Shown: positions 50,428-60,538, numbered from the stretch's first letter. The stretch: 64,000 nucleotides of DNA from an uncultured Gammaproteobacteria bacterium (GCA_964629685.1 CAZVTT010000001.1:81877-145876), one strand, 5' to 3'. A program made the numbers and translations. The notes: generated from the sequence alone by a model not told the origin.

Positions 50428-51012
50428 TTATCTTTTTTGTAATTGATCTGCGAATGCGGTAACAGCAGCCCCTAGCTCCGTAAACTTACCCGCTTCCGTT
50501 CCCGCCTGCAACTGCAACTCTGCAATAGTTTCCTGATGTTTAACTATAGCTTGTCGCATTTTCTCCACTACAGGTTGAGTATCTTTGCCGGCTTCCGTTG
50601 CTATCTGTAATTGTTGTAGTGCTTTCAGTCGGTACTCCCCTGCCTGAATTAATGCCGTAATAACTAAAGGTGTATTTTTTTTACCCATCATGAATATAGC
50701 AGTATTCACTGCTTTATCAGACTGTACCGCAAAAAATTCTGCTTTCCGCAGTGGGTCACTAATTAACCGCTCTACTATTGCGTCCCGCACCTGTTTTAAG
50801 AAAAAAAGTGGATGATCCGGAAGAATACCCGGATACGGCAGTGCATATGTTGACTGAGCCTGAACTATCGCCGCGGTGGGAACACGGGTTTCCTCCGTTG
50901 CTTCTTTTGTGATTACGGATGTGGGACTGGGTGTTAGGGCAAAAACGGAGACAGGTACTGCCAGAGCAGTCACAAGCCCGATCAGTGCGACAATGAGCAT
51001 TTGTTTTACCAT
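50428..51012 (-). CDS. Exported DUF5667-like protein
   Basis: Signal peptide; YALPYPGILPDHPLFFLK motif. Confidence 0.75.
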   Translation of the reverse strand: MVKQMLIVALIGLVTALAVPVSVFALTPSPTSVITKEATEETRVPTAAIVQAQSTYALPYPGILPDHPLFFLKQVRDAIVERLISDPLRKAEFFAVQSDKAVNTAIFMMGKKNTPLVITALIQAGEYRLKALQQLQIATEAGKDTQPVVEKMRQAIVKHQETIAELQLQAGTEAGKFTELGAAVTAFADQLQKR

Positions 51013-51063
51013 ACTGCCTCCTTCGTCTACCGTAGACAATTGCGGGAATTTTATCTCCCGTCA

Positions 51064-51606
51064 TTATACAAGTTTAGCTAAATCAACAGGATCTAACTGT
51101 ATCAAATTAAACACATCTTTTTCAAGTTGCTTTACTCTCGGGTAAATTTGCCGTAATTCCGTCTTTACCGTTTCCGGTAAAGGTTCTGCTAACCATAAAT
51201 CAAATCGCTTATCTACGGTTAAAACCTCATACTTCACCATCTTATCCGCTAAAAACAACAGTTTTTCCTCCCAGGTCCGGGGACCATTATCGGAATTTAG
51301 CAGCATATGAACCGGATGCGTAGCAACTATATCAGCCAGTTCCCCCATCCCCGACTCACGCAGCACCCTAACGCCGGCATCAGGGTGCTGCTCCCCGGCC
51401 ATTTTTGGTATTGCTTTGTCTATATCGTGAAGCAACGCTGCGCTTTCGAGCAACTGCAGATTAATCCGAATATCCGACTTTTTTTCCATTACTCTTTTAG
51501 CGAGAAACACAGCAACTTTCGCAACTAAAGCAACGTGTACTCTTTTTGCTTCAGGGAGCTTGTAAATATCCCAAAATTTCTTTGCCTGTTCAGGAGTTGG
51601 TATCAT
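51064..51606 (-). CDS. HD (HDIG-like) domain protein
   Basis: H..LVAKVA, ALLHDIDK, H..AG, EEKLLFLADK. Confidence 0.85.
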   Translation of the reverse strand: MIPTPEQAKKFWDIYKLPEAKRVHVALVAKVAVFLAKRVMEKKSDIRINLQLLESAALLHDIDKAIPKMAGEQHPDAGVRVLRESGMGELADIVATHPVHMLLNSDNGPRTWEEKLLFLADKMVKYEVLTVDKRFDLWLAEPLPETVKTELRQIYPRVKQLEKDVFNLIQLDPVDLAKLV

Positions 51607-51685
51607 ACATCACGTCGTAATATTGCAAACAAATAATCCTTATCGTACACTGCCTACGTCGACCCAACATTATCATAACACTCAT

Positions 51686-52537
51686 ATGTTACCTACAGTA
51701 TTAATTACATTTAGGGAAGTGATAGAGGCTTCGCTGATAGTTGCCACAATACTGGGAATTCTGGTCAAAATCGGCCAACGCAATAGTATTAAAACGGTAT
51801 GGATAGCAACAGCCACAGCCGCATTCGTTTGTATCGGGCTACTGGTTATCGGAAGCATAGTGGGACTAAAAATTCAGGAATTATACACCGGTACAATTGA
51901 ACAAATTACTGAAGGTGTACTTATGGTTACCTCGGCAGTATTTATTACCTGGGCTGTTTTTTTTCTCCACTCATATTTTGCCCGATACAAAACACACTTA
52001 TTACAAAAAATTAAGGCAACCGTAGAAAAGGAAGAACAGAAAGGACTTTTTATTTTAGTGTTTACCGCTGTGTTTCGTGAGGGCTTTGAAATAGTACTAT
52101 TTCTTTCAACAGTATTTTTGTCTAGTGACCCACAAACTATTTTCAGCGGATTCCTACTCGGAGCAATCGCGGCACTTATCGTCGCGTTTGGCTTATTTTC
52201 CGCAACTATTAAACTCCCGGTATTTCAAACGTTTAGGATAACCAGCATACTTTTAATCACCTTCGCCGGCGGATTACTCGCCCGCGGAGTTCACGAATTT
52301 GCGGAAGCCGGATTACTCCCGGAGATAGGAAGTATTTCCCTTACCTTTCTTCCGCATAATGAAACACTCGTTGGCGGATTACTCAAAGCTATTTTTGGCA
52401 TCACACAACACATGGATTATCTCCAACTTACATTATATGTCGCGTACCTAAGCTTTATGTCTTGGAGAATTTTTCTGAGGAAAAGCCTTCCCACACCACA
52501 CCAACTTCACCAGGATAATAAAAACGAAGACGAATAA
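51686..52537 (+). CDS. FTR1-family iron permease
   Basis: Two RExxE motifs (REVIEA, REGFE), 7 TM. Confidence 0.9.
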   Translation: MLPTVLITFREVIEASLIVATILGILVKIGQRNSIKTVWIATATAAFVCIGLLVIGSIVGLKIQELYTGTIEQITEGVLMVTSAVFITWAVFFLHSYFARYKTHLLQKIKATVEKEEQKGLFILVFTAVFREGFEIVLFLSTVFLSSDPQTIFSGFLLGAIAALIVAFGLFSATIKLPVFQTFRITSILLITFAGGLLARGVHEFAEAGLLPEIGSISLTFLPHNETLVGGLLKAIFGITQHMDYLQLTLYVAYLSFMSWRIFLRKSLPTPHQLHQDNKNEDE

Positions 52538-52542
52538 ATAAT

Positions 52543-53172
52543 TTATTTATTCGCCGGCTGACCATTGGCTGTATAGTACCCTAGCGCCTGTAACACAATA
52601 TTCACGGCTTCCGTGGGTCCGTGCGAATATGTATTAACCACTAAGTCATAATATTTAGGGTCCCAAAAATCGGACACTTTATACATCCGTTCCCACTTAC
52701 TAAGATTAGTATCTTCCCTATCCTTTAAATGCTTTTTGGCATCTTCAACTGTCAAGTTATCCCGATTTACTACCCTATCAATCCGCAGTGCATCATCACA
52801 CATGAGCAGCACCCGCAATACATGGGGCAACCCGCGCATATTCCATCCCGCTATCCAGGATTCAACCGCTACATGATTTGCCGGATCAGTTAATTTCTCC
52901 CGTAAAGCCACATCTATTTGCAGGTCTACATCATCTCCGTAATCCGTCGCCTTGTGGTGTGCAGCATTCTTGGGATCGTGTGCTCCGTTTTCGATGGCAA
53001 ATTGCCTGGCCCAATCTCCACCGGAAAAGAATTCCCATCCGAGTGGTTCCAGGAAGGGTCGTAAGTTTTTAAGAAGGGTTGATCGTCCGGCTCCCGGTCG
53101 TCCTGATAGTGCTACGCTCGAATATTTTAACGGCTTCTGGTTAGTTGATTTTGGGGAATTTTGCTGATCCAT
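52543..53172 (-). CDS. cmk: Cytidylate kinase-like protein (archaeal type)
   Basis: SGRPGAGRST P-loop, SGGDW, ESWIAGW, YDLVVNT. Confidence 0.75.
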   Translation of the reverse strand: MDQQNSPKSTNQKPLKYSSVALSGRPGAGRSTLLKNLRPFLEPLGWEFFSGGDWARQFAIENGAHDPKNAAHHKATDYGDDVDLQIDVALREKLTDPANHVAVESWIAGWNMRGLPHVLRVLLMCDDALRIDRVVNRDNLTVEDAKKHLKDREDTNLSKWERMYKVSDFWDPKYYDLVVNTYSHGPTEAVNIVLQALGYYTANGQPANK

Positions 53173-53178
53173 AGACGT

Positions 53179-53221
53179 ATTATAAAGATACCTTGACAAA
53201 CGTCAAGCAGTGGCCCATAAT
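53179..53221. promoter_or_regulatory. Overlapping divergent sigma70 promoters, both nearly leaderless
   Basis: +: TTGACA(53193)-N17-CATAAT, ATG 5 nt later; -: TTGACG(53206)-N16-TATAAT, ATG 6 nt later. Confidence 0.7.
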
Positions 53222-53226
53222 AAACT

Positions 53227-53814
53227 ATGGACATTCATTACCTCCCCGTCTCCTGGTTAGATTACCATTCCCTCGCTCAGAAACTGGCTGCAACCGTACT
53301 AACCCACAATGCCAATATTAATGAAATAGTTGCCATATCCAGAGGAGGATTAACACTGGGCCATCTGCTTTCCGACTTCCTCAGAATCCCTATTTCTACC
53401 ATTACCATCCAAAGTTACACGGATATACAAACCCAAGGTGAACTCAAAATTACCGCCGAACTGCAAACACCAATTGCCGGAAAACATATATTGTTAGTAG
53501 ATGATGTCGCCGACTCCGGTAAAACGCTGGTGCGTGCCATTGAGTACCTGAAAACATTTGAACCAAAGCAGGTCACTACGCTAACCATGTTTTATAAACC
53601 GCGCTCAGTATACCGTCCTGATTTTTACGCACGGGAAACCACAGACTGGATTCTGTTTCCCTACGAACCTACAGAAATGATTATGTTGCTATCCCAACAA
53701 CTGGATAAAGATGGAAAAACAAAGGCAGAAATCCAGTCATTTCTCGAAGGACTAGGATATACAGAAGAACAAATTGCGTTCGTACGCAGGCACTATCTTG
53801 TACCAAAAACATGA
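53227..53814 (+). CDS. Purine phosphoribosyltransferase (xanthine/guanine/hypoxanthine type)
   Basis: ISRGG, LLVDDVADSGKT, WILFPYE. Confidence 0.88.
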   Translation: MDIHYLPVSWLDYHSLAQKLAATVLTHNANINEIVAISRGGLTLGHLLSDFLRIPISTITIQSYTDIQTQGELKITAELQTPIAGKHILLVDDVADSGKTLVRAIEYLKTFEPKQVTTLTMFYKPRSVYRPDFYARETTDWILFPYEPTEMIMLLSQQLDKDGKTKAEIQSFLEGLGYTEEQIAFVRRHYLVPKT

Positions 53815-53848
53815 TACATGACAAAAAAAAGTGAAATACCGTAGTCAC

Positions 53849-53878
53849 AAAGACTGCAGCCTGCTGCGGTCTTTTTTT
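53849..53878 (+). terminator. Intrinsic terminator/attenuator inside the salvage cluster
   Basis: AAAGACTGCAG-CCTG-CTGCGGTCTTTTTTT. Confidence 0.75.
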
Positions 53879-53897
53879 ATTTTAGGAGGATAAAATA

Positions 53898-54647
53898 ATG
53901 GCAGTACAAAGAGAGTTAGGCAAATCGCTTACCGCTGCTGAAATTCAATCTTTATCGGTTGCCGACATGCTTAAACTTGTACTCGATACGGATAGCCCAA
54001 CGGAGCTACGGCGTTTTGCTAAAGCACGCTTTGCAGTTGAGGCGGCAGTACAGAACGACAACCACGAAGCGCCATTTATTCTTTGGCCGGTAATTAATCG
54101 CGTACCTGAAGCTTGGTTACCTGTAGCCCTGGCAAAAGTAGTTCGTGCTGAAGCACCGCATACTGAAAAACCGCAGATAATCATTACAATTCCCAGCTCC
54201 GCTATTTGGTACGGAGAGCATATTCGCGAACACCACGTATTTAACGGAGCAATATATCCTTTGGTAGCAAAACAGAAACAGATTTCGGAATTGAACTTAG
54301 ATACGGTAACTTCCAGACAAATTGCTGTACCTTCATATGTTCATAACAGACTGGCAGACGGTCAAAGAGGAACACAGGATATGTGGTTCTTCACACCGGA
54401 ATTATACGCCGGAGCAGAGCTCACTATAATTGATGATGCATTAGCTGAAGGATATACCGGACTGGCTATCGCTAAATTCGCGCGGGAAGAATTGGGTGTC
54501 AACAGTGTTTACCTGGGTGTCCCCATGACGAAAGCCATGCAGGGTGGCCGGGAACGGTTATTGGATTCAGGATTAGTTGACGGTATTTCTACTCTCATCA
54601 CTGTTACGGAAACACACGGAAAAGGTGAGCCGATGAACTATGAATAA
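53898..54647 (+). CDS. Divergent type I phosphoribosyltransferase (Xpt/Apt-like)
   Basis: PRPP loop TIIDDALAEGYT, ITIPSSA, PSYVH; SD AGGAGG. Confidence 0.65.
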   Translation: MAVQRELGKSLTAAEIQSLSVADMLKLVLDTDSPTELRRFAKARFAVEAAVQNDNHEAPFILWPVINRVPEAWLPVALAKVVRAEAPHTEKPQIIITIPSSAIWYGEHIREHHVFNGAIYPLVAKQKQISELNLDTVTSRQIAVPSYVHNRLADGQRGTQDMWFFTPELYAGAELTIIDDALAEGYTGLAIAKFAREELGVNSVYLGVPMTKAMQGGRERLLDSGLVDGISTLITVTETHGKGEPMNYE

Positions 54648-55278
54648 TCAGCATCGTTTTATCACCGTCATCGGCAACATCGCATCGGGAAAATCCACTA
54701 TTACCCGTTTGCTGGCACAATCACTCAACGCCGAATTGGTTCAGGCAGATGAATTTTATAAAACTAATCCGTTTTTCCAGGATGCCGTGGTAGACCGATC
54801 CCGCTGGTCCCTCGCTTCCGATATTTGGTTTCTAATGAAACGGGTAGAAATGGCAAAACAAATAGAGACACTGCTCGCGACAAAAGATGTAGTACAGGAT
54901 AGTGGTTTACTCATGTCTTGGGTGTACGCAAACAGCCGTATAGATGCCGGATATATGAATTCTAAGGAAACTGAATTATATAACATGCTATTTACCTCCC
55001 TGACGCAGAACATTCCAAAGGAACACATTGTAATTTTTCTTAATATTCCGGTAGAGATACTGAAAAAACGTATTGTACATAGGAATAGAGACTTCGAGAT
55101 TAAACATCATTCCCCTACCTACCTGGACGGGCTAGCAAAGTCTCTTGCTCTAATGGTACAAACTGTACAAGCCCAAAACATACCAGTATTAGAATATAAT
55201 GAAAAAAACAGTGCTGAACCGCAGGCATTAGTACTTCAAATAATTGAAGATATTACCAAAGGAGTCTTGTATGACTGA
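54640..55278 (+). CDS. Deoxynucleoside kinase
   Basis: GNIASGKST, NPF, VQD, RI..RNRDFE. Confidence 0.88.
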   Translation: MNNQHRFITVIGNIASGKSTITRLLAQSLNAELVQADEFYKTNPFFQDAVVDRSRWSLASDIWFLMKRVEMAKQIETLLATKDVVQDSGLLMSWVYANSRIDAGYMNSKETELYNMLFTSLTQNIPKEHIVIFLNIPVEILKKRIVHRNRDFEIKHHSPTYLDGLAKSLALMVQTVQAQNIPVLEYNEKNSAEPQALVLQIIEDITKGVLYD

Positions 55279-55816
55279 AACCTCTCAAACGTTATCTGTT
55301 GAACAAGCTATTAGTATATTTATGACTGCAGCTGAACCTTCCGGAGGTTTTGTACCCCCACAAGCAGCAGGGATATTGAAACAATGCCGGGCTAACTTTA
55401 TTCCTTCTCCTGAGGCGTTAGGAAACGAAATTACTCGCAGTCCGGACACGATTAATCGCTTAACCAAAGCTATAAATAATATCCACGGAGAAAAAGCGCG
55501 TCCTGGATCCGTTCATAAACTTACTCCAGAGCAAGTCAGTGGTCAGGTGGATTCTGTATTTTACTTAGCAGAGCTAATGACGGTATTACCTCCCGATGTA
55601 GTGGATTCTATTACTGGAGAAAGATTTACGCATTGGAAAAACGAAGCAAGTCACATAAAAACACAGCTACTTCAGAAACCTGGTTTTGATGAGGCACGCG
55701 CGCATAGAATGGCAAATAGCCAGGTAGAAGAACATTTTTTGGAAGAAGTATACAGCACTATTGAAGCCCATGGCGGAAGAGTACCAAGACCGTCATATGA
55801 TCCTGATGCGTATTAA
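55271..55816 (+). CDS. Hypothetical protein
   Basis: SD AAGGAG, overlaps the kinase stop; helical, no motif recognised. Confidence 0.65.
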   Translation: MTETSQTLSVEQAISIFMTAAEPSGGFVPPQAAGILKQCRANFIPSPEALGNEITRSPDTINRLTKAINNIHGEKARPGSVHKLTPEQVSGQVDSVFYLAELMTVLPPDVVDSITGERFTHWKNEASHIKTQLLQKPGFDEARAHRMANSQVEEHFLEEVYSTIEAHGGRVPRPSYDPDAY

Positions 55817-55837
55817 GAATATTACAAAGGAGGCCGC

Positions 55838-57355
55838 ATGATCGTCATTATCGACTTTGGCTCACAAACAGCACACCTTATAGGAAGAAGACTACGACAG
55901 CTAGGCGTATCCGTTGAATATGTCTATCCCGAAGACGCGTTCTCATTTGTTACTGAAAAAAAACCAGCAGGAATTATTCTTTCCGGCGGACCGGATTTTG
56001 TTGACCGTGAAGGTGCTCCCACTATTCCAAAAAACCTGTTTGAACTCGGTATCCCCGTCATGGGAATTTGCTATGGCTGGCAACTGATGTCTTACTTACT
56101 CGGCGGAGATGGAAAAATTACCACCAAAGAGTTTGGTCCGGAGACACTGCACATATCCAAACCAAAAGATATTTTTGAATTACCTAAAAAAGATTTTACG
56201 GTAATCGTTTCGCATGGATATACGGTAACCAAACTGCCACCGGGTTTCGAAACGGTCGCCTCTACCGCAACCGTAGCGTATACCGCTGCACTCAACAGTG
56301 CCAAAAAACTGTATGGCATTCAGTATCACCCTGAAGCGCAGCATACGCAATATGGAACGGAACTGCTCCAAAACTTTGCACAGAATATTTGTGGCGAAAC
56401 AATCGCTCCCCTAGCACTGAATCCCAAAGCCATAATTGCGGACATAAAAAAAACAGCAGGTACAAAAAAAGTTATTTGTGCTGTTTCCGGAGGAGTAGAC
56501 TCAACAGTAGCCGCATTTCTGATAGGAAAAGCTATTGGAAAGCAACTGGTTCCTGTTTATGTCGATTCCGGGTTTATGCGTCCGGAAACCGATCGGCGGG
56601 TAACGGAAATATTTACCAGGCTCATTAATGCTGATTTGGTTATTGTCGATGCCAAACAACGATTCCTTACGGCGTTAAAAGGAATTACGGATCCGGAACA
56701 AAAACGGAAAATTATCGGCAAACTGTATATAGATATTTTTCAGGAAGAAGCGAAAAAACATAAGGATGCCTCTTTTCTCGGACAGGGAACAATTTACTCG
56801 GATGTCATAGAATCCAAAGGAAGCAAACACGCCTCACATATTAAGTCACACCACAACGTGGGGGGCTTACCTCCTGAGCTAAAATTTACCCTCCTTGAAC
56901 CGGTACGCACCTTCTACAAAGACGAAGTGCGCGAGTTAGGCCGACTGGCAGGACTGCCGGAAGATGTAGTGCGTCAACAACCATGGCCGGGCCCCGGATA
57001 CGCCATTAACATTCGGGGAGAAGTTACCGAAAAAAGATTGAGCCAAGTCAAAGCTGCCGACTTAATCGTCGTGGAAGAAATGAAAAAAGTAGGATTGTAT
57101 GATCAGGTATATGAATGTTGGGCTGTAATGACAGGGGCTTACAGTACCGCCGTAAAAGGCGACGAGCGGGCGTTCGCGGAAGTTGTCGGCATCCGTTCTA
57201 TAGATTCTCATGACGTAATGACTGCAGAATGGACCCGTATACCTTACGACGTTTTGGGGAAAATATCGTCACGAATCGTTAATGAAGTGCCGGAAGTGTC
57301 GAGAGTGGTATATGATATAACCACCAAACCGCCGGCTACCATGCGGTGGGAATAA
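55838..57355 (+). CDS. guaA: GMP synthase (glutamine-hydrolysing)
   Basis: DFGSQ, GICYG, QYHPE, SGGVDS, IKSHHNVGG, KPPAT..WE. Confidence 0.97.
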   Translation: MIVIIDFGSQTAHLIGRRLRQLGVSVEYVYPEDAFSFVTEKKPAGIILSGGPDFVDREGAPTIPKNLFELGIPVMGICYGWQLMSYLLGGDGKITTKEFGPETLHISKPKDIFELPKKDFTVIVSHGYTVTKLPPGFETVASTATVAYTAALNSAKKLYGIQYHPEAQHTQYGTELLQNFAQNICGETIAPLALNPKAIIADIKKTAGTKKVICAVSGGVDSTVAAFLIGKAIGKQLVPVYVDSGFMRPETDRRVTEIFTRLINADLVIVDAKQRFLTALKGITDPEQKRKIIGKLYIDIFQEEAKKHKDASFLGQGTIYSDVIESKGSKHASHIKSHHNVGGLPPELKFTLLEPVRTFYKDEVRELGRLAGLPEDVVRQQPWPGPGYAINIRGEVTEKRLSQVKAADLIVVEEMKKVGLYDQVYECWAVMTGAYSTAVKGDERAFAEVVGIRSIDSHDVMTAEWTRIPYDVLGKISSRIVNEVPEVSRVVYDITTKPPATMRWE

Positions 57356-57387
57356 GTTGAACGTTATACTGATACACTGTTAGCTCT

Positions 57388-58257
57388 ATGCCTATTTCCG
57401 AACAGAGTCGGGACGAATATGTTCACCAGATTGCCGGAGCGGTAAATTTCATCCGCCGGCAAATACCCGCATCATTTAATCCGAAAGTAGCCATCGTACT
57501 GGGATCCGGACTCGGAGAATTAGCGCGATTAATAGAGCCCGTAGCAGAAATTCCGTATAATCACATTCCCCTCTTCCCTACTCCCACCGTTTCCGGACAT
57601 GAAGGAAAACTGATAGCAGGGGTGTTGGCAGGTGTACCTATCCTCGGATTCAAAGGCCGTAAACATTATTACGAAGTGGCACATCTGTTCCGACCGATGA
57701 ACCACGTAGTTTTTCCGGTTCATGTTGCTGCCGAACTGGGATGCAAACTATATATAGCCACCAATGCCGCCGGAGGTTTAAACCCCAGGTATCACGTAGG
57801 CGATATTATGATGCTCCGGTCGCATATCGGTTTTTTCATTCCCAATCCCCTTCTCGGTCCGCACCATGACTTTAACGGGAACGAGTATTTTCAACCGTTA
57901 GCAGATATCTATCCGGAAAGCCTGCGGAAATTATTTAGTGCAGGAAATAACACAATACAGGAAGGCGTTTATGCTGCCGTTACGGGAAGAACGTTCGAAA
58001 CTCAGGCAGAATGCCTACTATTACGGACACTGGGAGCCGATGCCGTCGGAATGTCCACGGTTCCCGAAATTATCGTAGCCAGAAACCGGGGAATGGATAC
58101 GTTCGCTGCATCAATTATCACCAATATCATTGCGGAAGACGGAACAAACGCTACAAACCACACAGAAGTCTCAGCAATACTCAAAAGTAAACAGACGGAA
58201 CAAAAACTTTTCGATATATTCCGTGCTTTCTTCGAAAAATTACACGACCGTTATTGA
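57388..58257 (+). CDS. Purine nucleoside phosphorylase (trimeric type)
   Basis: VLGSGLG, GHEG, GRKHYYE, TNAAGG, FET.AE, VGMSTVPE. Confidence 0.93.
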   Translation: MPISEQSRDEYVHQIAGAVNFIRRQIPASFNPKVAIVLGSGLGELARLIEPVAEIPYNHIPLFPTPTVSGHEGKLIAGVLAGVPILGFKGRKHYYEVAHLFRPMNHVVFPVHVAAELGCKLYIATNAAGGLNPRYHVGDIMMLRSHIGFFIPNPLLGPHHDFNGNEYFQPLADIYPESLRKLFSAGNNTIQEGVYAAVTGRTFETQAECLLLRTLGADAVGMSTVPEIIVARNRGMDTFAASIITNIIAEDGTNATNHTEVSAILKSKQTEQKLFDIFRAFFEKLHDRY

Positions 58258-59735
58258 GGTTTATTGATAACCGTAGACTTAATACGGCTCATGGCTTCCA
58301 GTGAATATCGTACACCCTGCACGCCCAAACCGGAATCCCGTACGCCTAAAAACGGAAAATGATCCGGACCACGCTGCGGTGAACCGTTTACCTGCACGGT
58401 TCCCACATTTAATCGTTTGGCAAACACCATGCCCGTACCCTCGTCTTTGGTAAATACGCAAGCCTGCAGACCGAAACGGGAAGCATTTACGGTTTCTACA
58501 GCTTCATCCATACTGTTTATCACGATAAAAGAAATAACCGGCCCGAACACTTCTGTAGCCACAACGTTCATTGTCGGCTTAACATTCTTCAACAATGTTG
58601 GCTCTATAAACGCGTTATTACGTTTACCCCCGGTTATAACTTCTGCTCCCTGAGAAATTGCTTCATTAATCACGTCTTCTATATGAATGGCTTCTTTCTC
58701 ATTTACAACCGGCCCCACTAATTTTGTTTCCGGACTGCGCGGATCACCCATATGTACCAGAGTCTGCATTTGTTTTTGAATCTCCGGAATTAACTGATCC
58801 AATACCGCCTGAGTTGCCATAACATATTTAATAGCGGTACACCGTTGCCCCGCATAGGAAAATCCGCCTTTTATAATTTCCTTTGCTGTTAAACTCATGT
58901 CCGCATCAGGAAAAACTACTGCCGGATTGTTCCCGCCACATTCAAATACTAAAGCCTTCATTCCGGCAGTTTTCGCAATATGCTGGCCGGTATCACTGTT
59001 TCCGGTAAACGTAATCATGTTTACTTTCCGATGTCCTGATACATAATCTCCTATATCCGCTCCGCCACCGGTCACACAACTGAGTACCCCTTCAGGTACA
59101 CCGGCCTTCTCAAAAATCCGTGTCAAATGAACACCGCTAATGGCACCCTGAGTCGGTGGTTTAAACACTACGGCATTTCCCATTAACAACGCCGGAGCAA
59201 GTTTGCTGGCAGAAAGGTTTACGGGATAATTAAAGGGAGCAATAGCCAAAACAACACCGTAAGCTGCCCGTTCCATCATGGCAATTCTGCCCTTATCAAA
59301 TCCGGGGAAGTTATCACTATCCAATTCTTCACCGCGAATAGCATGCGCTTCATCGGCAAAATAGTCGGTTAAATCGGCAGTACGAATAATTTCGCTCTTT
59401 GCTTCTTCGTGAGACTTCCCTACCTCCTTCACGAGTATTGCCGTCAGATAATCCTGATACTGCCGTATCCAATCAGCAGCTAAATGAATAATTTTTATGC
59501 GCTGATACAACGGGGTAGCTTCCCAAAGTCTCTGTGCGTTCACTGCCCGTTCCATTACCGCATCAATTTCTTCATGCGTCACAACCTGAATGCTACCGAC
59601 AACTTCATTATCAATCGGTGATTTAATTTCGACTGATTTTCCGCTTGAACTATCAACCCATTCCTTCCCGTTAAAATATTTGTAGGTCGGAGGGGTCTGG
59701 TGATTACTGATTGCGTCAAAAATTTCGTCTGCCAT
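58251..59735 (-). CDS. gapN: NADP-dependent non-phosphorylating glyceraldehyde-3-phosphate dehydrogenase
   Basis: ALDH fold: PFNYP, KPPTQG, FSYAGQRCTA, QRGPDHFPF..SG.GVQG. Confidence 0.9.
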   Translation of the reverse strand: MADEIFDAISNHQTPPTYKYFNGKEWVDSSSGKSVEIKSPIDNEVVGSIQVVTHEEIDAVMERAVNAQRLWEATPLYQRIKIIHLAADWIRQYQDYLTAILVKEVGKSHEEAKSEIIRTADLTDYFADEAHAIRGEELDSDNFPGFDKGRIAMMERAAYGVVLAIAPFNYPVNLSASKLAPALLMGNAVVFKPPTQGAISGVHLTRIFEKAGVPEGVLSCVTGGGADIGDYVSGHRKVNMITFTGNSDTGQHIAKTAGMKALVFECGGNNPAVVFPDADMSLTAKEIIKGGFSYAGQRCTAIKYVMATQAVLDQLIPEIQKQMQTLVHMGDPRSPETKLVGPVVNEKEAIHIEDVINEAISQGAEVITGGKRNNAFIEPTLLKNVKPTMNVVATEVFGPVISFIVINSMDEAVETVNASRFGLQACVFTKDEGTGMVFAKRLNVGTVQVNGSPQRGPDHFPFLGVRDSGLGVQGVRYSLEAMSRIKSTVINKPQ

Positions 59736-59785
59736 ATATATCAACAGTACGGAGATACGGAATAAATGTCAACTCTATCAAGTGA

Positions 59786-60538
59786 TTAGTATTGCCCGTT
59801 TAAAGGCGCCGGAACACGTTTCACCAAACAAGCCGCCAGATTACCTTCACTGCCATGAAGCAATGCCCTGCGCACCAATTCGGAAGCAACCGTTTTCAAA
59901 CCAGCCTCCTCGTTTGGTGTTTGTAAAACCAATTCATCAAGATCAGAAGACAATAAATAATCTGCCACACCCTTCGTCATCACCAGTAATGTATCGCCCG
60001 TCAGGAATCTGTCGCCTACAAAGTAAGGAATCAACCCTAGCCGCTGACGCCCCAGTACGTTTAATTCTTCGCCATGCACCTCATCGGTTATTTTCGTAAC
60101 GTAGTGGATACAATTATCCCGTATCAGCAGTGCATGACTATCACCGGCTGTTCCTACCCAAAAATTACGGGGTCCAAAAATCGCTACCAACAAATTACTT
60201 AGTAAACCAGACCGATATGTTGATTCCTTCTGTTTCTGCCAGATACTCAAATTTACCGTACGGAAAATCCGTTTCATGAATAGTTTTTTGTCTTCCCAAT
60301 AGAAGGGGCGGGTGCGCACCAATTTATACGCCCACACCGCGGTTTCCGCGGCATGTTTGGCCGCAGTTGCTCCATTGGGAAATTCAGATATACCGTCTGC
60401 AAGCGCCAGACATTCATCGGAGAATACGGCAACCGAATCCTGCCGGGCTGGAGGATTTCCTCCCTGCTGTACGATTGCGATACAGATGACTTCTTTGGGT
60501 GAAGCCATTCTCAATAAGAGAGGGTCCGGAATATTCAT
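59786..60538 (-). CDS. PP2C-family phosphatase-like protein, probably catalytically degenerate
   Basis: RQD, LADG, AGDS present; motif-8 DG is KG and motif-11 DN is GN. Confidence 0.7.
   Translation of the reverse strand: MNIPDPLLLRMASPKEVICIAIVQQGGNPPARQDSVAVFSDECLALADGISEFPNGATAAKHAAETAVWAYKLVRTRPFYWEDKKLFMKRIFRTVNLSIWQKQKESTYRSGLLSNLLVAIFGPRNFWVGTAGDSHALLIRDNCIHYVTKITDEVHGEELNVLGRQRLGLIPYFVGDRFLTGDTLLVMTKGVADYLLSSDLDELVLQTPNEEAGLKTVASELVRRALLHGSEGNLAACLVKRVPAPLNGQY

Noticed and set aside
53815-53897. Purine riboswitch before the salvage genes
   Set aside because: Too short and no aptamer consensus; only a terminator with a possible alternative pairing
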